DNA of 64,000 bases, taken from NCBI GenBank assembly GCA_964016885.1, contig OZ024741.1:389298001-389362000 (forward strand). The letters are read 5' to 3'. The translations under genes and the position numbers were made by a program. The stretch's first letter is position 1. Each line of letters starts with the position of its first letter. Of this stretch, positions 14,190 through 27,649 are shown piece after piece. The notes below the pieces were generated by a model. It worked only from the letters and a program-made list of their open reading frames with translations. It was not told the origin of the DNA and searched no databases. The stretch comes from Eledone cirrhosa. Taxonomy: Eukaryota.

Positions 14190-14392
14190 TTGATGTATAT
14201 GTAGGAGTGTGGGGGAGAGAGGGTGTCAGGGATTGGTGGTCTGTTGAATTAGGGGCCACCTGTATATGTAGGAGTGTGGGAGAGAGAGGGTGTCAGGGAT
14301 TGGTGGTCTGTTGAATTAGGGATCACCTGTATATGTAGGAGTAGGGTAAAGGATGTCAGGGATTGGTGGTCTGTTGAATTAGGGATCACCTG
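14190..14392. repeat. ~59-bp tandem repeat, ~3 copies
   Basis: tgtatatgtaggagtgtggg.gagagagggtgtcagggattggtggtctgttgaattaggg repeated. Confidence 0.9.
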
Positions 14393-14404
14393 AGACAGTG
14401 ATAA

Positions 14405-14625
14405 TAACGGTTTCTAATTTAGGCACAAATCCAACAAATTTTGGTGTTAACGGGAAAGTCGGTTATATCGACCCCACTAATTTGACAGGTACGTTATTCT
14501 GTCGACCCCAGAAGGATGAAATTCAAAGTTACCCTCGGCGGAATTTGAACTCTGAACGTCAAGAGTCGTAACTAAACGACACAAAGCATTTTGACCGACG
14601 CACTACCGATTTTGCTGCCAATTCA
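14405..14625 (-). mobile_element. Nin-domain SINE
   Basis: Same family as 25877-26064. Confidence 0.8.
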
Positions 14626-15247
14626 CCGTTCTCTATTGGAGAGTGACAGCAACAACTACTACTTCATCAAAGTATAGTGCCGAGCTAACTAAAAAAAAAA
14701 CATCTACACCCCATATATAAGTACTCGATATACCAGAAATTTCAGCCAAATCTTTCTCGATTTATATTTTACTATCTTTAAAAAATGAGCGGGACGGGGG
14801 ACAGTTTGATTTGAATTCACGGTGGAATCACCAGTATCAATATGGATTGAATTCAGATCATTGATTGATATGTTCGATCTAGGGTCATCCCAGATTATTG
14901 ATAGATGTGTTCGATCTGAGTTGACCCTAGATCATTGGTAGATGTGTTCGATCTGGGCTGATCTGAGATCATAGATAGGTTTGTTCGATTTCAGCTGACC
15001 TCAAACTAAACAACAATAACAACATATAGAGCTGTGATGTATTCGGGTAATTGTAACAATCGATCGAAGATGGGATTAACCTTCACCTTTACTGCAATCT
15101 ACTTAACTTGGAATATTGTGTGAGAGAGAGTAAGAGCGGATATCTAAGTCTGTCTGTATGTCTATGTCTATGTCTCTGTATGTAACACATATATATACAC
15201 ATGCGCGAGCACACACACGCACACACACACATATATATATATATATG

Positions 15248-16960
<1,713 letters not shown>

Positions 16961-17123
16961 TAATATTCGTATTAAGGATACTATTTATGGTTATGTATAT
17001 ACTAAAACCTTTTATAGTTATATATATTTTAAACCCTAAATAGTGAAAGATAGTAATTTATTACTACCTTATTACTAGTAAGATAAATAGCTCAATGTAA
17101 CATCAGTTGTTCTACAGAGCAGT

Positions 17124-17650
17124 TATATAGAAATTACATGAATCAAAGTTCTGTTTAAACCATTTATTCGCTTACAATTGTTTCTTCCAAACCGAGGTTT
17201 GGAATCTTCGGAGCAATTTTTATTTATATAAGATTATAGTGCGGCAGGGTGTTATATGTAATACAAGCAGTATATAACACCCTGCCGCACTATAATCTTA
17301 TATAAATAAGACACACGTGCATGCCCCACGTGTAACTATTGCATACACTAACTACTTCAAACTATCCTCTTGCTTTATCTTCGTAAACTGCCAATGTTGT
17401 ATTTTAACTTTAATTTTGTCCTTTAATATGACTTTAATCTTTGTATGTAAATTGCCATGCTATATTATTATAATGGATGTCAACCCACTGTGCATCAATA
17501 TATACATATGTTTCTATATGTCTCTTGTGTTGGAAAGGAGGTCAAGTATGTAAAAAATCATTGAAAAATTGCTCCGAAGACTTCAAACCTCGGTTTGGAA
17601 GAAACAATTGTAAGCGAATAAATGGTTTAAACAGAACTTTGATTCATGTA

Positions 17651-17660
<10 letters not shown>
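17124..17660. mobile_element. Nested fold-back PLE terminal fragment
   Basis: 17124-17220 is inverted at 17565-17660. A perfect ~37-bp inverted repeat sits at 17221-17257 / 17272-17308. The right end abuts (TA)n. Confidence 0.8.
17569..17617 (+). ncRNA. Type I hammerhead ribozyme with palindromic loop III (inverted copy at 17168-17216)
   Basis: TTGCT-CCGAAGA-C-TTCAAAC-ctcg-GTTTGGA-A-GAAA-CAATTG-TA^AGCGA; U4C core variant. Confidence 0.7.
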
Positions 17661-17686
<26 letters not shown>

Positions 17687-17814
17687 TAAAATAACAGATT
17701 AAAGTTTAAGCAAAGAATCGCTGCTTTCACCCTTAACGGGATCTTCTGAAACTAACAAAGTCAATCTGTAAACGCAGATGTGGATATTTAAAAAAACGTA
17801 TATATATATATATA

Positions 17815-19545
17815 TTTCTAGTGGTGTAGTTGAGCTTAACTTTATTTGGGAGTTGTCTTCTCCTACAGATGTCGAACCAGATGGAGTTGGTCTGTTTTTC
17901 GATCTGGGTTGCAGTCATATATACAGAGATCCCGGACATGACTGCAGCCCAGATCGAAAAACAGACCAACTCCATCTGGTTCGACATCTGTAAGAGAAGA
18001 CAACTCCCAAATAAAGTTAGGCTCAACTACACCACTAGAAATAGCAGACTGCCCCCTTTCTACCACCTCATCAAGACCCACAAGAATAGTACTAAGACAC
18101 AAATAAGACCCATCGTCTCTAGCATAGAAGGACCCCTATACAAAATTTCCTGGCTCCTCTCCCAGGTCCTCAAGCCTCTACTCTCCACCTTTCCCGGGCA
18201 TGTCAGTCGCTCCGACGAAGTCATACGTAGACTACACCAACTCCAGCCAGAACAACTTAAACTAAATAGATACGCCTTTAGCCTCGACGTTGTCTCCCTC
18301 TACACTACAGTCCCCGCTCATCCAGCTGTCGATTTATTGACGGACTGCGTGGTCGCAGAGGACATCCACTGCTACGGCTTCCTTCCGACGGACATACACC
18401 AGCTTTTGTCCTTCACAGTGGACAACACGTACTTCACCTTCCACCACCACACATACAGACAGACAACAGGATTACCCATGGGATCCAGCCTATCGGGCCT
18501 GCTGGCCATCACCTATATGAACCAGCTAGAATACCGAGCCCTCAACACCTGCCATTCCCATACCTTCTTCACCCGATATGTAGATGACATACTCATCCTT
18601 ACATCATCCCGTGAGGAGGCGGATAAAATATACACAACATTCTCCAGCATGGACGCCAGTATAAAGTTCAGCATGGAACACCCCGATGACCGCGGATCCC
18701 TATCCCTACTGGACTTCCAACTCAGGGTAACAGAGGAAGGCAACATCCACACTTGCTTCTATAAAAAAGCCGCCAGCAGGGACCTGTTCGTACATTTCAG
18801 ATCGGCCCTCCCAGCCAGCGCTAAGTTCGGATACATAAGGAACGAACTAACACGTATCCGGAACAAATGCACCGACGCTAGAGACCGAGACACACACACC
18901 ACACATTTCCTGGAAGTACTCAAACTGAACGGATACACGACATCCACCACAAACCGTGCCAGAAAGAACAGAGGACACCACACCCGAGGCACTAACACTT
19001 GCTTCCTGAAGCTTTCACACTTCAGTGACGAAACAACAACAGCCATCCGCAGAGCTATCAGACGAGAGGGACTAGATATCCAACTGACCCACTCAGGTCC
19101 TTCTCTACGCGGACAGCTAACCAAAAGACACTCCACCAGACATGACAACCGCTGCAGGCTAGCCAACTGCCTCATCAACGACACAGACCTATACCACCAG
19201 GCTTGCGTCGTATACAGACTAGAGTGCGACAAATGCAGCATCTTCTACGTATGTAGCACCACCAGACCACTCCACATAAGAATAAAAGAACACCTCAATA
19301 CTAACGCTTCCTCATTTAAGAAACACCTAGTTAAATGTAAAAACACCGACAAAACCATAACAGTTAGGATAGAAACTAAGGAAAGAAACCTCGGCAATCT
19401 TAGAATTAAGGAATCACTAATTATAGACAAAACACAACCACCAATCAATAATAGACTAGAACTCAACACCCAATTTATAACTTGATAGAGCATCTAGCCC
19501 CATATTTACACCACCACGCCCTCCCACACACACACGCACACACAC

Positions 19546-19627
<82 letters not shown>

Positions 19628-20135
19628 ACACATCCACTTATTCTCTCTCACACACACACATACACACACAAAGACCAGTTCTAACACGAGATAACATCTA
19701 TCTCCCACATTTACGTATAGACATATCTTCTCACACTCACACACACACATACTTACACCTCACACATTCTTCCACACACTTAAACAGGCATGTACAAAAA
19801 AAACTTTTAAAGGGAGACTACTCTTTATCCACCTAACCTTAACTCTTTGGCATTAGAGATATAACAGATACTCTATACCATTTCCTGTCAGCATGACTTG
19901 GCAAGCTATTTAGAACACTGGTTTAACCGCTTTACTTCCCTCCGAAGAAGAGATATTATCTCAAAAATTAAGGACATTTAAATAAATCTAAGGTAAAAGA
20001 CTAATTGTCAACAATATCTTTTGCATTTGCATTTTTAATTCTATGTCCATACCTGCATTGTTTTGGCTTTATTATGCATACACAAACGTTTATACCTCAT
20101 TACACAATGCTTCAAGTGAACTATAACTTCCTCCA
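17815..20135 (+). mobile_element. Penelope-like element with 5' fold-back inversion, inserted in (TA)n
   Basis: 17815-17918 is the inverted copy of 17938-18041. The 3'UTR carries a decayed hammerhead at ~19937-19974. Confidence 0.85.
17938..19485 (+). CDS. Penelope-like element polyprotein (RT + C-terminal GIY-YIG), 5'-truncated
   Basis: [48 protein letters not shown]...[17 protein letters not shown] in one open frame. The YxG glycine is replaced by C. Confidence 0.92.
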   Translation: MTAAQIEKQTNSIWFDICKRRQLPNKVRLNYTTRNSRLPPFYHLIKTHKNSTKTQIRPIVSSIEGPLYKISWLLSQVLKPLLSTFPGHVSRSDEVIRRLHQLQPEQLKLNRYAFSLDVVSLYTTVPAHPAVDLLTDCVVAEDIHCYGFLPTDIHQLLSFTVDNTYFTFHHHTYRQTTGLPMGSSLSGLLAITYMNQLEYRALNTCHSHTFFTRYVDDILILTSSREEADKIYTTFSSMDASIKFSMEHPDDRGSLSLLDFQLRVTEEGNIHTCFYKKAASRDLFVHFRSALPASAKFGYIRNELTRIRNKCTDARDRDTHTTHFLEVLKLNGYTTSTTNRARKNRGHHTRGTNTCFLKLSHFSDETTTAIRRAIRREGLDIQLTHSGPSLRGQLTKRHSTRHDNRCRLANCLINDTDLYHQACVVYRLECDKCSIFYVCSTTRPLHIRIKEHLNTNASSFKKHLVKCKNTDKTITVRIETKERNLGNLRIKESLIIDKTQPPINNRLELNTQFIT

Positions 20136-20718
20136 TATATATATATATATGTATTATGTATGTATGTGTAGGATATCCGTAGATGAAAGGTCAAGGGAAA
20201 CAGTGCTCTATTTATTGAAAGAAGCCTTAATTAATTAGTATAGAGTTTCATACACTTAACATATATGTGTGACCTTGGGTTTCGGGGTCCAGTTACGGCC
20301 ATCACTGTATAGAGGAGAACCTTTTCAAAACTGGTCTCTCATCGGGCGCTCAGACAAAAATTAGAAAAGAAACCCCTTTAACCGACTATATTTGGTTTTA
20401 AACAGTGGAGAATCGTATTTCGGGAACAAAGGACGTAATTCCGGAGTGCTTGACCGCCTAGCTTCAATTTATGTGTGTAAATTGCATGTCGTATGAGTTG
20501 CGTTCTAATTATGTAAAAACTTTCAATGATATCGTTGCCAATGGAGATCGTAGAATATTTACTTCTGGGGAATCAAGGGAGGCAACTTTTGTGGATGTAG
20601 ATGTCCGTTTATAATCTGGCTTGTCATCTATATTGCAAATATTTTAAAAGTCTCCACTAATAACTTCCCAAGGCCTAAAATCTGAATATACAAAAATAAT
20701 TTTTTTTTAAATTGTTGA

Positions 20719-21665
20719 TTGTGTGTGTATGTTTATGGATGGAAGTTGAGTCCATTACTAGAACAGAAGTCTAATAAGGCCTCCCCATTCGTATTTAGAG
20801 CGGGGTTGCTATTCCTTACAATTACTCCTTTCCATGTCATGTGGTCAGTGCCAACATGTGCATTGAAGTCTCCCATCAGGATATATGACTCAGTCTTAAC
20901 AACATCTAACGCTGCAATGAGTTCGGACTCCTTGTTTGGTGCATAAACTTGCACCACCCACAGAGACTTATCTTTCAGTGTAAGCTTCCCGCCCGTACAG
21001 TCATTTCTGGTGCAACACCTGAATAATGGAGTTTCTATCCATCATCCAAATCTACAGTATCAGAGCCAAGGAACTTTGTTGAGGAAACCCCGATTGTATC
21101 TAGCTGGTAGCATCTAGTCTCCTCCCCTAGTTAATGTTCCTTACCTGTAAGGGTTGTGATGTTCCAGGTTCCAGCCGGACCCTCTTTGGAGTCTCGGGAT
21201 ACGCAACCTTTGTGCGACAATCCAACGCCTTCCTCACAGGTCGCAAGCCCATCGATAGTTTTTGCGGCAATATATTTTTCGAACAGGCCCCTCTACCTAA
21301 GGCATGAACGCGTCCCTTGTTAACCCGTACGAAAGACGATGCGGTATGGTTCTTTTTTGTTCCTTTAACCATATTGCAATTGCTGTTTCGGTGGTCTTAT
21401 TCGTGCCAGTCACCAATCTGGTACTTTCTCACACCCGCAAAGACTAAGATTATTTAGAGGCGGCCTTTACTCGCCTCGTCATAGCTACGTCACTGGGTTG
21501 TGAGAGTTTTCTTGGGAACTACAGGCGTCACCCATTGCTCCATCTACCCTAGTAGTTTACCCCTGTTGGTCTGGGGTTGCTTATTCGTCCAGTAGTTACC
21601 CACTTATATTGCAACTAACCATTATACCTGGTGGCCATATCGCTATCCGCCACCTGCAACCCGTT
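20719..21665 (-). mobile_element. RTE-clade element 5'UTR + APE fragment
   Basis: VQVYAPN...ILMGDFNAHVG...WKGVI...NGEALLDFCSSNGL. Confidence 0.85.
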
Positions 21666-21689
21666 TAGAGTTCCATAATTCATTTTATT

Positions 21690-22335
21690 CTTGTCTCTAA
21701 CCTTTTCGATTCTGTGCTAGATGTTCATGTTAAGATAGGGACTGAACTGTCAACTTATCTGCAACTTGAGACTACGTAAAGCCAAAGAAGCCCATAAAAC
21801 TACAGGATAAAATTGGAAGTGTTGGTGGATAAGGATGCCATGACCAGATAGGCAGATACTATTGCATTCTATGGCTGACCCGTGTTTGCCGAGTAGCCTG
21901 GATCTCTGGAAGGACACTTGAATAATGTCAATCGGGAGTGAGAATCCCTAATTTCTAATAGGGAGACAAGAGAGATTGTTCCAATTACAGAGGGATCTCT
22001 TTGTTAAGCCTCCCCAGTAAAGTCTATGCTAAGTGCTTGGCAAAAAGATGCAAGGAGATTGTCGAGTCTAAGCAAACTGATGAACAGTGGGGTTTTCACC
22101 CTCGATGCAGCACAGCTGACCAAATATTCACAATGTAGCAGGTCTTCGAGATATAGTGGGAGTATTGCCAAGAGATATATTCGTGTTTTATCGACCTTGA
22201 AAAGGCATATGACTGCGTTCCTTGGGACCTGCTGTGGAAGGTTCTGCAGGAGTATGGGATCGATGGTCAGCTTCTTGCTACCTTGTTATCTCCAATGTTT
22301 CGGATAAATGGTGCTAAATCAAAACCATTCAATTG
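21690..22335 (+). mobile_element. RTE-clade RT fragment, opposite orientation to the adjacent 5' part
   Basis: DCSNYRGISLLSLPSKVYAK, DEQWGF, CFIDLEKAYDCVP...LWKVLQEYGI in broken frames. Confidence 0.85.
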
Positions 22336-22364
22336 CGCACATTACAACTAATTTTACGAAGATA

Positions 22365-22458
22365 AAAGATGCTCGCGCTGTAAAAACCGTTGTGCGGGCC
22401 GCAAGTGTGCTTGTAAAGGGCCGCATGTGACCCGCGGGCCACCTGTTTGACATGCCTG
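22365..22458. mobile_element. hAT-type MITE terminus
   Basis: gggccgca...gggccgcatgtgacccgcgggccacctgtttgacatgcctg is a typical hAT/Charlie-like subterminal pattern ending in CCTG. Confidence 0.6.
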
Positions 22459-23100
22459 GCTTAGACTCTCAGCAAGTGAAAGTCCGGCCCCTAGAAGCGG
22501 ACCTCTTAACCATTCTGCCCTGCTATGTCCACAACAAATTTCTTAACTATTCTGCCATGCTGCATCCAAGAAGCACATGTTCATAATCTTAATCCCAAAA
22601 GTTTAAAAGTAATTAGGCAAATGAACTTTTAATATGCCCCCACCCATATAAAGGTGCATAATCACAATTATGATTATATCTGACTATTACCTGTGCATAC
22701 ATGCAGAATCTCACAACTACATATATAAGAAGAGAGAGGTGAGGAAAGGTAGGAGAGATGAGAGAGAAGGAAAGAGGGCAGAAGGAGTGTGGGAGTGGAG
22801 GGAGAAGAGAGGGGGTAGGAATGGAGAGAGAGAGAGGGAGAGAGAGAAAGAGAGCAGACAAATAAACAATAATTTGTTTTCATATTAAAATCGTAAATTG
22901 TTCCATTGCAATATATTGTATCAGCGTGGTGATGCGCTTTTGTAAAAATGTGGCCATGTGTGGTGTGCAAACATGAATGTGTGTAAATATGTGAGAGAGA
23001 AAGAGAAAGAAAAAGAGGGAGGGAGGGAGAGAGTGTGTGTGTCGTTTTCATCTGAATATATCGAGATAAAAGTGGAGGTGGAGTCTGGTTTGTGTCCTAT

Positions 23101-23320
23101 GTCACTTGCCTATTAAAACTTCGGAATTTGTCATGTGCTTACAAACATCAGTCACGAGGACAAACTGAAAAAAAAAGTGTGGGTTAAAAAAAAGACAAAT
23201 AGGGAAAAGAAAGCGTATTACAGAGGTGGATCACGTGATTAATTATTACCAGGTAATCTAGCGGCCTCTAACCCAACGCCAGCTTAGTATATAGTACATT
23301 TCGTACGCTCATTCACAGTG
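23101..23320 (+). promoter_or_regulatory. Putative promoter with M-box and E-boxes (MITF/TFE-type), Otx-like site and TATA-like box
   Basis: GTCATGTGCT at 23130-23139 (vertebrate M-box is AGTCATGTGCT); ATCACGTGAT 23230-23239; GTCACTTG 23101; GTCACGAG 23151; TAATCT 23254-23259; TATATAG 23288-23294. Confidence 0.6.
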
Positions 23321-23489
23321 AAGCACTTGTAAGTTTCGGAACTCTGAGGGATCTTAATGGCTTGTTAACCCTAACACCATACGCAGAAGGGCGAAATAAT
23401 AACCTTGCAACAACAACAAAAATTTGTGTTTGTTGAGGATTTTTTTACACTTTCACTTTAAAAGAAATATTTAAATATATTTACAAAAT

Positions 23490-23637
23490 ATGCATCACCG
23501 TTTAGCTATGGATGTTCCTCAAGCATTTGTGTGTATCCTTTTCGTCTTATTACTGCCCTCAGTTTCTGCACAATTTCCCCGAATATGCACACAAAATGCT
23601 ACCACAGTTGATGGAATTTGTTGCCCAATAAGGCCAG
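23490..23637 (+). CDS. First coding exon of a tyrosinase-family (TYR/TYRP1/DCT-like) gene
   Basis: MHHRLAMDVPQAFVCILFVLLLPSVSA|QFPRICTQNATTVDGICCPIRP: signal peptide, then the QFPRxC-x11-CCP N-terminus characteristic of TYRP1/DCT/TYR. Donor CAG|GTAAAT at 23638, phase 1. Alternative ATG at 23508. Confidence 0.85.
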
Positions 23638-24164
23638 GTAAATTCTCCTCTTCTTCCTCTATTCTTTCTCTATCTGGTATAAACTTGTTTTCCCTGCATC
23701 TCTTTTTTACATTTTCCATGAAATGTTTCGCCCATTCCCGTTTGAAAGATCTGCATGTTATTTAACTTCACTTTGCCTGCCAAAAACAATTTTTTTTAGA
23801 TACTTAACACTTTGCTCTACTGTTTTTGTTCCCTGTATGTCTTGGAGTATTTACCTTCGTCTCTTGCTACCAGTTCAAATCCTATTAACGTTATCTTTTT
23901 ATCCATCGTTCGGGGGTTGATAAAGTAAGTAAAGTACTGATATTGTAGCGGAGCCCAGAGAACAGTGGCCACGCTCACCCCCTTGCGATCCCAAGTTTCC
24001 TCAATTCCTTCCCATGTTGAATTGTCTTCTAGTAATTTTCTCATTATTACACCTTTACAGTATTAATTAAATAAGTTTTTTTTGTGAACTGTTAATGCGT
24101 GATTGTTCTATAGTTGGGTATATTGGTATTTCATTTGATATATACACAATATACACTATAGTTC

Positions 24165-24211
<47 letters not shown>

Positions 24212-24515
24212 TACACCTACGGTAGTAGGTGTATAATATTCTTAAGGTCCCATTTCGGTCACTCGCGACACCTTCAAAGCTTTGTCACTAATTCAATTTT
24301 TGATAGAATTGGATGCGGTTTTTTGCACTTTATAGGACCATAGATAAGCTACTTTTTGACATAAAAATATTGAAATTTGGTTCAGTAGAAAAAAAGTTAC
24401 ATAAAAATAAGTGAGGACTAAAAGAGTGTAAGGAACTACATACATAAGTAACGCTTAGTTTGTTTCTAATTTCTAATACATTAAAATAGTGATAGATTGT
24501 GCGATAGTGAATTGT

Positions 24516-24588
24516 GGTCCGGTAGCTCAGTCGGTAGAGCAGCGGACCCGTAATCCGAAGGTTGTGGGTTCGATTCCCACCCTGATTA
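24516..24588 (+). tRNA. tRNA-like gene/pseudogene, anticodon position CGT (Thr-like)
   Basis: 73-nt cloverleaf: D arm GCTC/GAGC, anticodon stem CGGA/TCCG, T arm GTGGG-TTCGATT-CCCAC, followed by TTTT. The acceptor stem is imperfect and position 33 is C. Confidence 0.6.
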
Positions 24589-25479
24589 CTTTTCCTATCT
24601 GCATTTCTTCCTATTTATTATTATTATTTAACTTATTTGTTGATAAATATTTTTATTAATATTAATATAATATCCTTGCATTGCCTGGAAAAAAGTGGAT
24701 TACAGGGAAAAATGCGGGCGCATGTAAAGAAATATTCTTAAATTAATAAACCTAGAAAAGTAAAGGACAAGTTATTACACCTGGAAAAGTAAAGGACAAG
24801 AAAACTTCTTAAAATATTGCAGCTAAAGTCTAAACTTGAAAAAAATATTTAGATTATAAAACTAAAAATAAATAATTATAAGTTAATTGTTAAAAAAAAT
24901 ATCACTGGAAAAATGACTGTCTTATAGGGAGAGTTGACTACTGTATACTTAATTTTTTTCTTGGTGTATACAAATTAATCTTTTTAAAATAAAATTTGTA
25001 CAATAATTTGTACAATAATTTGTACAATAATTTGTATAATAATTAATTAATAATAATAATAATTAATATGTACAATTTATTAATTTATGTTATAAGATAT
25101 TTAAAAATTTTCACTCTTAATCAAATTATATTTTTAAAAATTTAGTTATAAAATAATGCAGTAAAATAAATCAAAAACAGTGCATCATATAATTGCACTT
25201 TTTATGAGTATTACAGATTTTTTTTATAATATAGTAAAATTCAACATCTCAAGGGGCAAAATTAGGTAAAAGTCAATTCATCAATTATTCATTTATAGTG
25301 AATCAATCAATTATAGTGAATTCATCAATTCATTAGATGAACTGTTGAATTAGACAATGTTTAATTTTTAATTGTAGTCTAATTTTACTCTACCTAAAAA
25401 TGTAGATTGGTTATTTTGATCTCTGACAGGTCTTAAATTTCATTATTAAACAATTATAATCTGTTATTATTTATCATTA

Positions 25480-25703
25480 CAGTTGGCTCCCTAATTAATT
25501 ATTTATTAATTGTTAGTGTCATTTACACGCCAAAATTTTGTTTTATTTGATGTTTATAATTGTCACTCATTTTTTCAGTCCCATTTAGTAAAGTAAAATA
25601 AAGTATATTTATTTAATGACCCAACCACTATGGTGTAAATTAGGATCACAAAATTAAATAAATGATCATAAATTAGTATTATTATCAATTAGAGAGTCAA
25701 CTG
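25480..25703. mobile_element. Nested Tc1/pogo-like MITE
   Basis: TA-CAGTTGGCTCCCTAATT ... AATTAGAGAGTCAACTG-TA. Confidence 0.6.
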
Positions 25704-25876
25704 TATTATTAGAATTTATCACTTTCTATGTATATTTAAATCAAATATTTTTTATTATTCAAATTTATACTATAACTGCAATATTTTAAGAAGTTTTAAG
25801 AAGTTTTCTTGTCCTTTACTTTTCCAGGTGTAATAACTTGTCCTTTACTTTTCTAGGTTTATTAATTTAAGAATAT

Positions 25877-26064
25877 AAGGGCGGTGGATTGGCAGTATCG
25901 GTAGAGCGTCGGACGCCGTGCTTTACAGCACAGTTACGTCCCTTTACGGACTGAGTTCAAATCCCGCCGAGGTTAACTTTGCCTTTCATCCTTACGGGGT
26001 CGATAAAATAAAGTACCAGTAATACACTGGGATAATTGCTGACCTTGTGCCAAATGTAGAAACA
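25877..26064 (+). mobile_element. Nin-domain SINE with 16-bp target-site duplication
   Basis: ATTAATTTAAGAATAT at 25861-25876 and 26065-26080; tRNA-like head (tggcagtatcggtagagc, gagttcaaatcc). Confidence 0.92.
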
Positions 26065-26534
26065 ATTAATTTAAGAATATTTCTTTACATGCGCCCGCAT
26101 TTTTCCCTGTAATATATATATATAATGTAAACCATTCTTTCCCAGTTTGGGTTCCTCCCTTGACTAACATTTTTCTAAAATTCTTTCCCTGAGAGCCAAG
26201 AACCTCCCGTTAATCGCTGCCATAGACGGGAGTGGATCCAGTATTTACTTATAACTCCACCTCAATAAATATTGTCTCGTCATTATAAATCAATAGGTAT
26301 TATACATTTGGTTGCTTCTCTAGCAATAATGATAGTATTTCTATTTATAGTTCATTAATAATTACTAAGAAAAAAGAAAAGAACAAACAGAAAAACACAT
26401 GAAATACCCACCAGTTTTCCTTGAAATATACGTCATATTAAGAAAATTGTAGTAAAATTGTTTATTTTCGATGTCACTTTCGTTGGAGTTTTACCTGCCA
26501 AAACCTAAGACAAGTTTCTAAATGTGGCTTGATA

Positions 26535-26830
26535 ATGATTTCTAATCTAGGCACAAAATCTAGGGAAAGTTGATTATATCGATCACAGTACTTTACTGGT
26601 ACTTTATTTTATTGACTCCGGAAGGATGAAAGACAGAGTTGTCCTCGACGGGATTTGAACTCAGAACGTTAAGAGAACCGAAACAAATACTGCAAAGTTT
26701 TGTGTCCGGCACACTAACAACAAAAACGGGGTCGATAAAATAAAAGTACCAGTAATGCATTGGAATAGATTTAATCGACTCCCGCCACCCTCAAATCGTT
26801 GGCCTTGCGCTTAAATCAGAAAGCATTATT
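26535..26830. mobile_element. Two SINE fragments in opposite orientation
   Basis: Nin core on minus (26535-26720) and on plus (26728-26830). Confidence 0.7.
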
Positions 26831-26989
26831 TCTTTATTGGCTGAGAAAACACACCATAATAAGTCGGATAAACAATCAGAAGTGTTGGCCCTAAAGAGGG
26901 CCTTGTAACGTTCACTATTGCAAAGTGTCAATAATGGGGGAAAAGTTACATCTTCTTAATTCGTGTTAATCTTCCCACGATCCGACACC

Positions 26990-27189
26990 NNNNNNNNNNN
27001 NNNNNNNNNNNNNNNNNNNNNNNNNNNNNNNNNNNNNNNNNNNNNNNNNNNNNNNNNNNNNNNNNNNNNNNNNNNNNNNNNNNNNNNNNNNNNNNNNNNN
27101 NNNNNNNNNNNNNNNNNNNNNNNNNNNNNNNNNNNNNNNNNNNNNNNNNNNNNNNNNNNNNNNNNNNNNNNNNNNNNNNNNNNNNNNNN
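26990..27189. other. Assembly gap (200 N)
   Basis: Run of N. Confidence 1.
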
Positions 27190-27645
27190 ATGCTTTCTTA
27201 AAGTCAATCCCGGCCATAGATATGTTGGTATGGTTTTTACAAAGCCTGAACACTGTATTATCAATCGTCAGGTGATCCTTGGTACCCTGAGATCTCCCCC
27301 AACATCCTTTTTGTTCCCTTGGTAATATTCCTTCATGTAAAAGAAAATTATATGCCTTCTCCGCAAATATTCCAGTAAGTACCTTCCATGTTCAGGAATG
27401 CTATAGGAAGGTAGTTTCCCACAGTATTCCCATTACTTCTATCTGATATTACAAGCATTGTCCTTCCCGTTACCATCCAAGAAGGAACTGCACCTTTCTG
27501 GACACATTCATTCAATTGAGTTGCTGGTCTTTCATTGCATTTCTTAAACCAAATCAATGGATCCCATCTGGACCGGGAGTTTTCCTGTTTGGTTCCTTAA
27601 CCACTTGATCCTTCACATCGACTGTGCTTAGGGTAATATTTCTAT
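27190..27645 (-). mobile_element. R4/Dong-like RT fragment
   Basis: VPSWMVTGRTMLV...GNYLPIAFLN; EQKGC...GTKDHL...ISMAGIDFKKA. Confidence 0.75.
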
Positions 27646-27649
27646 GTCT

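Larger units (their letters stand above)
24703..26109. mobile_element. Non-autonomous TIR element (MITE-like), ~120-bp TIRs, TA flanks
   Basis: TA-CAGGGAAAAATGCGGGCGCATGTAAAGAAAT... / ...ATTTCTTTACATGCGCCCGCATTTTTCCCTG-TA; the right TIR is interrupted by a SINE. Confidence 0.85.

Noticed and set aside
17830-17937. N-terminal 36 aa of the 551-aa ORF
   Set aside because: Derived from the inverted fold-back arm, not genuine coding sequence.
19937-19974. Active hammerhead in the PLE 3'UTR
   Set aside because: The GAAA core is mutated to AAAA and stem I is mismatched; treated as decayed.
26956-27325. ORFs spanning X residues
   Set aside because: Artefacts of the N gap.
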